Positions 1-6,484 of a stretch of DNA of 11,067 nucleotides are shown here, in pieces. Location: IMG/VR virus record IMGVR_UViG_2690316002_000013, one strand, 5' to 3'. Positions within the stretch are counted from its first letter, which is position 1. The number at the start of each line of letters is the position of its first letter. The translations under genes and the position numbers were made by a program. The notes under the pieces are model-generated. The model had not been told where the DNA came from and searched no databases. It saw only the letters and a program-made list of their open reading frames with translations. This DNA is from a virus (Duplodnaviria; Heunggongvirae; Uroviricota; Caudoviricetes).

Positions 1-1461
1 ATGAAAAAATTACTGCATCTTTTTTTCCCGCTCTCGCTGCGGGTACGTTTTCTGTTAGCAACGGCAGCAGTAGTATTGGTGCTTTCGCTTGCCTACGGAA
101 TGGTTGCGCTGATCGGTTATAGCGTCAGTTTCGATAAAACCACGTTTCGGCTGTTACGTGGCGAGAGCAATCTGTTCTATACCCTTGCGAAGTGGGAAAA
201 CAATAAGTTGCATGTCGAGTTACCCGAAAATATCGACAAGCAAAGCCCCACCATGACGCTAATTTATGATGAGAACGGGCAGCTTTTATGGGCGCAACGT
301 GACGTGCCCTGGCTGATGAAGATGATCCAGCCTGACTGGCTGAAATCGAATGGTTTTCATGAAATTGAAGCGGATGTTAACGATACCAGCCTCTTGCTGA
401 GTGGAGATCATTCTATACAGCAACAGTTGCAGGAAGTGCGGGAAGATGATGACGACGCGGAGATGACCCACTCGGTGGCGGTAAACGTCTACCCGGCAAC
501 ATCGCGGATGCCAAAGTTAACCATTGTGGTGGTGGATACCATTCCGGTGGAGCTAAAAAGTTCCTATATGGTCTGGAGCTGGTTTATCTATGTGCTCTCA
601 GCCAATCTGCTGTTAGTGATCCCGCTGCTGTGGGTCGCCGCCTGGTGGAGTTTACGCCCCATCGAAGCCCTGGCAAAAGAAGTCCGCGAACTGGAAGAAC
701 ATAACCGCGAATTGCTCAATCCAGCCACAACGCGAGAACTGACCAGTCTGGTACGAAACCTGAACCGACTGTTAAAAAGTGAACGCGAACGTTACGACAA
801 ATATCGTACGACGCTCACCGACCTGACCCATAGTCTGAAAACGCCACTGGCGGTGCTGCAAAGTACGCTGCGTTCTCTGCGTAGTGAGAAGATGAGCGTC
901 AGTGATGCTGAGCCGGTAATGCTGGAGCAAATCAGCCGCATTTCACAGCAAATTGGCTACTACCTGCATCGTGCCAGTATGCGCGGCGGGACATTGCTTA
1001 GCCGCGAGCTGCATCCGGTCGCCCCACTGCTGGACAATCTCACCTCGGCGCTGAACAAAGTGTATCAACGCAAAGGGGTCAATATCTCTCTCGATATTTC
1101 GCCAGAGATCAGCTTTGTCGGTGAGCAGAACGATTTTGTCGAGGTGATGGGCAACGTGCTGGATAATGCCTGTAAATATTGCCTCGAGTTTGTCGAAATA
1201 TCTGCAAGGCAAACAGACGAGCATCTCTATATTGTGGTCGAGGATGATGGCCCCGGTATTCCCTTAAGCAAGCGAGAGGTCATTTTCGACCGTGGTCAAC
1301 GGGTTGATACTTTACGCCCTGGGCAAGGTGTAGGGCTGGCGGTAGCCCGCGAAATCACCGAGCAGTATGAGGGTAAAATCGTCGCCGGAGAGAGCATGCT
1401 GGGCGGTGCGCGGATGGAGGTGATTTTTGGTCGCCAGCATTCTGCGCCGAAAGATGAATAA
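1..1461 (+). CDS. phoQ: Sensor histidine kinase PhoQ (PhoP/PhoQ two-component system), complete 486 aa
   Basis: Full-length ORF starting at window position 1. Translation shows N-terminal TM helix, periplasmic acidic patch ([11 protein letters not shown]), H-box ([12 protein letters not shown]) and HATPase motifs ([15 protein letters not shown]). Matches my recollection of E. coli PhoQ almost residue for residue. Confidence 0.97.
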   Translation: MKKLLHLFFPLSLRVRFLLATAAVVLVLSLAYGMVALIGYSVSFDKTTFRLLRGESNLFYTLAKWENNKLHVELPENIDKQSPTMTLIYDENGQLLWAQRDVPWLMKMIQPDWLKSNGFHEIEADVNDTSLLLSGDHSIQQQLQEVREDDDDAEMTHSVAVNVYPATSRMPKLTIVVVDTIPVELKSSYMVWSWFIYVLSANLLLVIPLLWVAAWWSLRPIEALAKEVRELEEHNRELLNPATTRELTSLVRNLNRLLKSERERYDKYRTTLTDLTHSLKTPLAVLQSTLRSLRSEKMSVSDAEPVMLEQISRISQQIGYYLHRASMRGGTLLSRELHPVAPLLDNLTSALNKVYQRKGVNISLDISPEISFVGEQNDFVEVMGNVLDNACKYCLEFVEISARQTDEHLYIVVEDDGPGIPLSKREVIFDRGQRVDTLRPGQGVGLAVAREITEQYEGKIVAGESMLGGARMEVIFGRQHSAPKDE

Positions 1462-1971
1462 ATATGTCCTTTTATCACCACAGCAAGGCAACCAATTGAT
1501 TTAATTAAACAACTCACACTGCAAAAAGTGCTAAAAACAGCAAATTGACTACACCATTAACTACACCGTTCGGTGCACTGTATGAAACAACGTTGAACAA
1601 ATAGACACAAGAAATATACAGGCGGGTAATCTTTCCAGGGGGAAGCGCACCAATTCATGAGGGGCGTTAATGTCGATATGGGGATCCCCATAACGGGGCT
1701 ACCAGATTTTTTTTCCGGTTAACTGTTAATCAGGCTGGTGGGCTTTACCTGTTCGGTAGGTGTTATGATTATCGTAATACCTTTCCCCCAATGGGGTAAA
1801 AGCTCCAACCGTAACGATGTTCGTTATGGTTGCCTTGATGGTCTGAGTGGTCATTTTGACCATTCAGCCAATGACCTTAATCAGAATTTTTCGCTAAAAA
1901 ATGACGTTGGCCACGTCATCCGGAAAGCACAAAATCACGTCGATTTTTAATGAACGGTTAAACCGTCTTTT

Positions 1972-2007
1972 TGTCACGGTGTGTCACTGGTTGTCACTCT
2001 CCGTCAC
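1972..2007. repeat. Four (T/C)GTCAC hexamers phased at exactly 10 bp (starts 1972, 1982, 1992, 2002)
   Basis: Read directly: ttGTCACggtgTGTCACtggtTGTCACtctccGTCACg. Helical-turn phasing is typical of arm-type recombinase/Xis sites or other cooperative DNA-binding arrays. Confidence 0.6.
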
Positions 2008-2096
2008 GATTGAGGTGGTGGACATTCTGCCCGACCGCGCATTTTTGCGCTATCGGGAATATCAAACAGTTACCGCGCCGACTTCCTCAAATTGAG

Positions 2097-2237
2097 GTTT
2101 CCGAAAATATCAGCGGGTTAGCGATTAAGCTGACGAGTAATTAAACTGCGAAAATTTCGTAGTTTGTGACTATCTGAAAGATAGTCGGTTGTTCCGGCCT
2201 CAGCCGTTGGCTGTTTCCGAAAATATCAGTAGGTTAG
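2097..2237. repeat. 26-bp direct repeat pair GTTTCCGAAAATATCAG-YR-GGTTAG (2097-2122 and 2212-2237, 24/26 identical) flanking the palindrome GACTATC-tgaaa-GATAGTC (2168-2186)
   Basis: Seen in sequence, in the non-coding stretch between phoQ and the first element gene. Confidence 0.6.
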
Positions 2238-2238
2238 G

Positions 2239-2262
2239 CCAAAGCTCAAAAATGAGCTTTGG
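2239..2262 (-). other. Perfect 10-bp inverted repeat CCAAAGCTCA-aaaa-TGAGCTTTGG, 16 bp 3' of the 93-aa gene; weak terminator or protein-binding palindrome
   Basis: Seen in sequence. No strong U-tract follows on either strand, so the terminator reading is tentative. Confidence 0.35.
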
Positions 2263-2277
2263 AACAATATCAACAAG

Positions 2278-2559
2278 TTACCGCCGTAACCGCTCCGGCT
2301 TCTTCCAGTGGTACGTAATTTTCTCCGTTTCCCGATACAGTGCCACGCGGCGATTGTAGGCCAGCATTTCAAGAACGCGGATCCGTATGTTGCGCATATC
2401 CACATCATTAAGCTGGATACCATCACGGCGCATCACCTCAGCAACAACACGCGCATAATTTTCGGCTGTCACGCTGTCCGGCTGCGTGGCCTGTTCGTCA
2501 GTCTGCTGGCTGATTCCACCAGCACGGCGGATTAATCCCAGTATTTCGGCTTCTGTCAT
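2278..2559 (-). CDS. Hypothetical small phage-type protein (93 aa), function unknown
   Basis: Intact ORF co-directional with the other element genes; its start lies about 34 bp from the cos-1 inverted-repeat arm. No family recognised by eye. Confidence 0.5.
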   Translation of the reverse strand: MTEAEILGLIRRAGGISQQTDEQATQPDSVTAENYARVVAEVMRRDGIQLNDVDMRNIRIRVLEMLAYNRRVALYRETEKITYHWKKPERLRR

Positions 2560-2592
2560 TGTGCACCCATCGTTCTGATTGTCTGGTGTCGT

Positions 2593-2795
2593 CGGGTCCT
2601 TCCTGGAATTATGGACCCGTTACGGGGCGGCGACCTCGCGGTTTTTATCTGTTTATGAAAATTTTCCGGCAAAAGTCAGATCCGTTCTTCTTCTCTGTAA
2701 CAGACTGTTTAACAATGAAAATATTAAAAAAAGAAAGGATCTGACACGAGGCATTTTAGCCAGAAAATGCCATTATCAGATCCTTTCTCATTTTT
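2593..2795 (+). other. Lambda-type cohesive-end site cos-1: cosQ-like arm, cosN (GGGCGGCGACCT, 2625-2636) and cosB with R3/R2/R1-like repeats (GATCCGTTCTTC 2679-2690; GAAAGGATCTGA 2733-2744; AGATCCTTTCTC 2778-2789)
   Basis: 2619-2700 closely follows the phage lambda left end as I recall it (GGGCGGCGACCTCGCGGGTTTTCGCTATTTATGAAAATTTTCCGG...CCGTTCTTCTTC). Orientation is cosN then cosB toward higher coordinates. Confidence 0.8.
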
Positions 2796-2815
2796 GTTCA
2801 ATAATTGCGCGTCTG

Positions 2816-3358
2816 TTACTCGCCTTTCTTCTGTAGCAACTTTTCCGGTACGTTTCCGGTTGTTTCTTTCAAGTAATCAGTCAGTATCTGTGGGAGGTTG
2901 TCGGCAACTCTGGCACTGGCATTACAGGCTTTAACCACTTCCCTTTTAAGCCTATCCAGCATGGCGGGGGTAATCTGTGGGAAGCTCCTTTGCATAGTAA
3001 GCGGGAGGCTGTCCATGATTGATGAAATCTGACTCGCCAGCTTTGAAAGCGCGTACAGGCAAAACTCAGTATCAATCACGTCACCGCGATCGCGCTCGTT
3101 TTTAAGTTCCTGCGCCTCCGCCTGTGCTGTCAGTAATCTGATCCTGACTCGTAAGAGTTCATCATCATCAATATCGCCTTTGTCGTTTGTAAGCTGGCTA
3201 ATTGCATTGTTAACCCTATTGTCTATCACGCTGGCAACATCATAAAACGCCTCACGGCCTTTACGTTCAACGGGAGTCACTCCCCACTTGTCGAACGCTG
3301 TCGCACTTACACGGCAGCTTTTCGCCATGTTTTTTTTGTTCATCAGGTGCGATTTCAT
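2816..3358 (-). CDS. Terminase small subunit, lambda Nu1 family (180 aa ORF; true start may be the internal Met at 3341-3343)
   Basis: Translation aligns by eye with lambda gpNu1: LLTAQAEAQELKNERD vs LTRAQADAQELKNARD, and TEFCLYALSKLASQISSIMDSLPLTMQRSFP vs TAFCTFVLSRIAGEIASILDGLPLSVQRRFP. Sits directly downstream of cos-2, the canonical cos-then-Nu1 arrangement. No strong Shine-Dalgarno at either candidate ATG. Confidence 0.9.
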   Translation of the reverse strand: MKSHLMNKKNMAKSCRVSATAFDKWGVTPVERKGREAFYDVASVIDNRVNNAISQLTNDKGDIDDDELLRVRIRLLTAQAEAQELKNERDRGDVIDTEFCLYALSKLASQISSIMDSLPLTMQRSFPQITPAMLDRLKREVVKACNASARVADNLPQILTDYLKETTGNVPEKLLQKKGE

Positions 3359-3534
3359 TAATACACCAACTTAATTACTGCTTCAGGTTGGTGTATTGTT
3401 TGCATCTTTCCCTTTTTATTCATAAAGATAGATCAAACAACGAAACCACCACCACCCCCCTGAAAAGGCTCATAAATAGCGAAAAACCGCTAGGTCGCCG
3501 CCCCGTAACGGGCCATAATTCCAGGAAGGACCCG
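3359..3534 (-). other. Second lambda-type cos (cos-2), inverted: cosN complement AGGTCGCCGCCC at 3492-3503, cosQ-like arm to 3534, degenerate cosB and a 9-bp-stem hairpin (3364-3397) just upstream of terS
   Basis: Reverse complement of 3485-3534 matches 2593-2641 with only two differences (one 1-bp indel, one mismatch). Similarity to cos-1 and to lambda fades inside cosB. Confidence 0.75.
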
Positions 3535-3535
3535 T

Positions 3536-3557
3536 AAAAAAGCCGGATTTCTCCGGC
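3536..3557 (-). terminator. Intrinsic terminator closing the head operon (minus strand: GCCGGA-gaaa-TCCGGC then TTTTTT)
   Basis: GC-rich 6-bp stem, 4-nt loop, U6 tract, 7 bp after the stop of the 137-aa gene. First of three near-identical copies. Confidence 0.6.
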
Positions 3558-3563
3558 CTTGTC

Positions 3564-3977
3564 TCAGATGGTTTTCAGTATGCGATCGATGTCGCCGTCA
3601 TCGCCCTGGTTTCTGCCATCGTATGCCATGCCAGCTGATACGGCTTGCGGGCTGTGCATGTCCATAAAGTTTTCAAAGGCTGCGGTAAGTTCCGGCGCAA
3701 CCTTCGGACGTTCCTGCTCTATGGTCATGCTAAGGATGCTTTTAGCCGTACCAACATCGATACAAGGCACGTTTGCCATTGCACGCAACAGCGGCTGATA
3801 GTCTTTATGCTCATGAAGCGCCATAATCGCATCAGCGCGCGGCTTGTCCTGCTCTTCCAGTTTGTTTAGTTGATATACGGCCTCATAGGTTGATAAACCT
3901 CTGTCAGCCATTGCCCGCGCTTCGACTTTAAATTTACTCGCCAGCGGTAGCGTCATGATGCTTTCATTCGTTGCCAT
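3564..3977 (-). CDS. Hypothetical protein (137 aa) between the decoration gene and cos; possible packaging or head-completion factor
   Basis: Intact ORF with strong SD (AGGGGGAA) 12 bp after the decoration gene stop. No similarity recognised to lambda FI, FII, W or Nu3 by eye. Confidence 0.65.
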   Translation of the reverse strand: MATNESIMTLPLASKFKVEARAMADRGLSTYEAVYQLNKLEEQDKPRADAIMALHEHKDYQPLLRAMANVPCIDVGTAKSILSMTIEQERPKVAPELTAAFENFMDMHSPQAVSAGMAYDGRNQGDDGDIDRILKTI

Positions 3978-3989
3978 CGTTCCCCCTGC

Positions 3990-4325
3990 TTATCGGGCCA
4001 GCGGCTGAACGGATACGCCGGAACCCGCAAAGGCGGCGCATTTTTTCGCATCGGTGTCGACGCTCTCAGGCCAGTTAACGGCGGCAATATTGAATATCCC
4101 CGTCTTGTAACACTGTGCTGATTTCTGCTTTGACGTGCCCACAGGGTACGAGGTCAGATAAACAGCCTTGCCAGATTCCTGACCATCCCACGGCTTAAAC
4201 TCGCCATTGTCTGCCAGCATCAGCGGGGTAAATTCCTGAATAACGCCAGCATCAGCGGCAAAATGTACCAACGTCGTGGATACCTGCTGACTGCCTGCAA
4301 ATAACTCAATGTATGGAGTGTCCAT
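3990..4325 (-). CDS. Head decoration protein, lambda gpD family (111 aa)
   Basis: Aligns with lambda gpD: TPLMLADNGEFKPWDG vs TPLMLDTSSRKLVAWDG, CYKTGIF vs FYKSGTF, KKCAAFAGSGVSV vs KKRTAFAGTAISIV. SD GGGGGGA upstream, 12 bp after the capsid gene stop. Confidence 0.9.
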   Translation of the reverse strand: MDTPYIELFAGSQQVSTTLVHFAADAGVIQEFTPLMLADNGEFKPWDGQESGKAVYLTSYPVGTSKQKSAQCYKTGIFNIAAVNWPESVDTDAKKCAAFAGSGVSVQPLAR

Positions 4326-4337
4326 AGAATCCCCCCG

Positions 4338-5393
4338 TTAACCAATTTTGACGGTAACAAATTTGCGAATATCTGCCGGTACCGGCTGCGGTGCACTGTG
4401 TGTCTGCACGTACTCAATCGCCGGATCGCCGTCCTCAATCCAGTTTTTCGGGTAAAACATGTTTTGTGTTGCGCCCGTTCTTACCGCTTCCTGATCCATT
4501 ATCGCACCATAGGCCACCAGCCCTTTATTGTTGGTGTTACCCAGGACCAGCAAATCAGGCTCAAGGAAATATTTTTCGGTACCATCGCTGTCAGTGTATT
4601 TGCCGGAATAGACGATAAGGGCCAGATCACCAAGATAGCCTTTAAAGCTCACCACTTCGCCCAGGTTTTTACAGGCCAGTTCGGCGGCGGATTCTGAACC
4701 ACGGGAAAGATCGTACAGCTCACGGAATTTTTTAAAGCTGCCTAATGTGCGCCATACCTCAGCGCCCATAATCATGACGTTTGCGGGGCAACCAGCCTGA
4801 TCAGCATAAAGCTCGATGTCATAGATTGGGTCGTGCATGTCTTTATCCTGCTCGGACCATTTTTTACCCTTGGCCTGCTCTATGATGCAGTTTTCCGGTA
4901 TTTTCCAGTCGATTTCATAGCGTTCTATGCCTTCGCCCTCAATGATGTTTTTTCCGGTCGTTACCGCATTCACCGCCAGCCATTCCACGCGTGCCTTAAT
5001 GGCGTTTATCTGGCGGCGCATGTTGCCAGTAATCAGGCGCATACGGCGATAGGTAGGGTCGTTAAGCTGTGCCGGATCTTCTCCAGCCATGCGCATGATG
5101 GTTTTCGTTGGATCGATTTCGTGCTTTGGCTTCATGTAGCCAGGTTTGATTGTGCTGGTTTCGTACCCTTTATCGCGCTGAACCTGGCTACCCACCATAG
5201 GCGAACAAAACGCCGACATGGTGACTTCTTCAATGTCCAGGGTATCCAGCATGATGTTTTGCGTGCTGAATGTCGCCACGTTCGGGAAAAACAGCGTGGT
5301 AAACAGAGGGCTGAATTTAAAATCCGCAATATCCCCGCGATTCAGGTACATGAAAAGCTGGTTAGTGTTAAGTGCCGTTGCTTTGCCTGCCAT
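4338..5393 (-). CDS. Major capsid protein, lambda gpE family (351 aa)
   Basis: Extensive by-eye alignment with lambda gpE (FKFSPLFTTLFF vs FKFDPLFLRLFF; PGYMKPKHE vs PGYVKPKHE; DPTYRRMRLI vs DPAYRRRRII; VSFKGYLGDLALIVYSGKY vs VSYKGMYGDVAIVVYSGQY; LVLGNTNNKGLVAYG vs MVLGNTQARGLRTYG; YPKNWIEDGDPA vs YPKNWVTTGDPA). Confidence 0.95.
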   Translation of the reverse strand: MAGKATALNTNQLFMYLNRGDIADFKFSPLFTTLFFPNVATFSTQNIMLDTLDIEEVTMSAFCSPMVGSQVQRDKGYETSTIKPGYMKPKHEIDPTKTIMRMAGEDPAQLNDPTYRRMRLITGNMRRQINAIKARVEWLAVNAVTTGKNIIEGEGIERYEIDWKIPENCIIEQAKGKKWSEQDKDMHDPIYDIELYADQAGCPANVMIMGAEVWRTLGSFKKFRELYDLSRGSESAAELACKNLGEVVSFKGYLGDLALIVYSGKYTDSDGTEKYFLEPDLLVLGNTNNKGLVAYGAIMDQEAVRTGATQNMFYPKNWIEDGDPAIEYVQTHSAPQPVPADIRKFVTVKIG

Positions 5394-5599
5394 TATTCAC
5401 CCCCATAATTTTTATGCATCCCAAGCGCCGCAAGTAAATAAGAGCGTACAAGTGAACCTATCGACGGCTCCGGCGTCATCAGCGGATCCAGTCCAGCCGC
5501 AACGCCAGCTTCATAGTTTTTTTTGTGGCGCTGCTTGAGCACCTCCACGATTTCGGGGCTTATGTACACCGAAACACCGCCTTTTTTCTCTTCAGCCAT
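5393..5599 (-). CDS. Small ribbon-helix-helix-like protein (about 68 aa from Met at 5597-5599), translationally coupled to the capsid gene
   Basis: SD AGAGGA precedes the ATG at 5597-5599. Its stop overlaps the capsid start (TAATG). The segment KGGVSVYISPEIVEVLKQ looks like an RHH beta-strand plus helix; this is an inference from the pattern, not a search. Confidence 0.55.
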   Translation of the reverse strand: MAEEKKGGVSVYISPEIVEVLKQRHKKNYEAGVAAGLDPLMTPEPSIGSLVRSYLLAALGMHKNYGGE

Positions 5600-5631
5600 A
5601 GTAAGAAATTCCTCTTCGACTAAAAAAATCA

Positions 5632-5690
5632 TAACTGGATGTTTATCCAGTCCTGATTATAATCAGAATTGCATTTTATGCAATGATATT
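5632..5690 (-). promoter_or_regulatory. Candidate promoter/operator region of the RHH-capsid operon with three palindromes: CTGGAT-gttt-ATCCAG (5635-5650), TGATTATAATCA (5654-5665), TTGCAT-ttt-ATGCAA (5669-5683)
   Basis: Seen in sequence. TATAAT lies inside the central palindrome on both strands, and TTGCAT/ATTGCA sits 15-16 bp away as a possible -35. Confidence 0.45.
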
Positions 5691-5764
5691 GAGTTATGTT
5701 GCAAATTATGAAATGATTATCCCGATCACGAACGCCAGTGCATCCAAAAACCTCATATGCAAAA

Positions 5765-5802
5765 GCCCGATAAGAACCCTCTGACCTTATCGGGCTTTTT
5801 TT
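5765..5802 (+). terminator. Plus-strand intrinsic terminator (GCCCGATAAG ... CTTATCGGGC then T6)
   Basis: 10-bp GC-rich stem followed by TTTTTT on the plus strand only, although every annotated gene nearby is on the minus strand. Confidence 0.55.
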
Positions 5803-5808
5803 GGGCGC

Positions 5809-5830
5809 AAAAAAGCCGGATTGCTCCGGC
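5809..5830 (-). terminator. Intrinsic terminator after the 74-aa gene (GCCGGA-gcaa-TCCGGC then T6 on minus strand)
   Basis: Second copy of the AAAAAAGCCGGATTKCTCCGGC module. Confidence 0.6.
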
Positions 5831-5850
5831 TATGTGTGCTGTGTGCTGGC

Positions 5851-6075
5851 TCAGTCTCTGATCTCTTTCAGAAATTCTATCAATGCATCTATCTGTTCAG
5901 GATTTACCGCCAGCATTTCACCGGATAGAGCACATCTCACAAAACCATGCTGATCCTTTTCAATCAGTGCGCCCGTCTCCAGGAATGCGCGGTAATCATT
6001 GATGCTCATCGTCTCCATGTTGTCAGCATGGTATTTATCACGCTGTTTTAATATCTCATCAAATTTCATCGGCAT
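5851..6075 (-). CDS. Hypothetical protein (74 aa), stand-alone unit bounded by terminators
   Basis: Intact ORF with SD AGAGGA 9 nt before the ATG. No family recognised. Confidence 0.55.
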   Translation of the reverse strand: MPMKFDEILKQRDKYHADNMETMSINDYRAFLETGALIEKDQHGFVRCALSGEMLAVNPEQIDALIEFLKEIRD

Positions 6076-6171
6076 TGTTTTTTTCCTCTGTTGTGTCTGT
6101 TTGTTTCAGATAGTAACTATGCCTGACCGTGACGAAAACCCGGTAATGCGCCATACCGTTTCAACTGGTGC

Positions 6172-6194
6172 AAAAAAAGCCGGATTTCTCCGGC
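6172..6194 (-). terminator. Intrinsic terminator after the PerC-like gene (third copy of the GCCGGA-tttc-TCCGGC module with A/T tract)
   Basis: Hairpin 6179-6194 preceded on the plus strand by A7 (U-tract on the minus strand), 8 bp after the stop. Confidence 0.6.
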
Positions 6195-6201
6195 TGTTTG
6201 A

Positions 6202-6474
6202 TTAGCTGTCCTGGTAATTGCGCCATATTTCATCACCAGCACCATCTATACCCATTTCGGCATAAGTGCGATCGACTGCCTTTTTCAGGTCTCCGAAATT
6301 ATCCGGCGGCTCCGGTGCCCTCTGTGCCTTCCTTGAACATTCCAGCCGTCGCATCGTGATGTGATGCCGTTCCTTGTCTGTCTCCACCAGCTGCATGACT
6401 TCACCCCATCGCGCCGCCGCCCTCCGGTAAAAGCCTTTCGCCTCCAGTTCCTCCGCTATGCGGTCATGTACCAT
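6202..6474 (-). CDS. PerC-family transcriptional regulator homologue (about 90 aa from Met at 6472-6474)
   Basis: N-terminal MVHDRIAEELEAKGFYRRAAARWGEVM fits the conserved PerC/Pch signature as I recall it. Strong SD GGGGGTGA upstream. The longer 130-aa ORF in the track would overlap the SSB gene. Confidence 0.75.
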   Translation of the reverse strand: MVHDRIAEELEAKGFYRRAAARWGEVMQLVETDKERHHITMRRLECSRKAQRAPEPPDNFGDLKKAVDRTYAEMGIDGAGDEIWRNYQDS

Positions 6475-6484
6475 CGTCACCCCC

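Noticed and set aside
286-1517. Minus-strand ORFs of 61, 93 and 73 aa inside phoQ
   Set aside because: Antisense to an unambiguous housekeeping gene.
1738-2095. Two overlapping plus-strand ORFs (70 and 64 aa) in the phoQ junction
   Set aside because: No SD, no recognisable motifs, and they sit across repeat arrays. Treated as non-coding, though a degraded gene remnant cannot be excluded.
2097-2237. Direct repeats considered as a CRISPR array
   Set aside because: Only two copies, 115 bp apart, no regular repeat-spacer periodicity and no cas genes.
1462-2277. tRNA or tmRNA gene as integration target next to phoQ
   Set aside because: No stretch with convincing cloverleaf features or a CCA-type 3' end could be picked out by eye. 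A tRNA scan would settle it.
2559-2836. Plus-strand ORFs of 61 and 85 aa across cos-1
   Set aside because: They run through cosN and cosB and the terS 3' end; translations are not protein-like.
4833-5408. 191-aa plus-strand ORF antisense to the major capsid gene
   Set aside because: Lies entirely antisense to a strongly supported gpE-like gene; no SD or recognisable domains. Typical shadow ORF.
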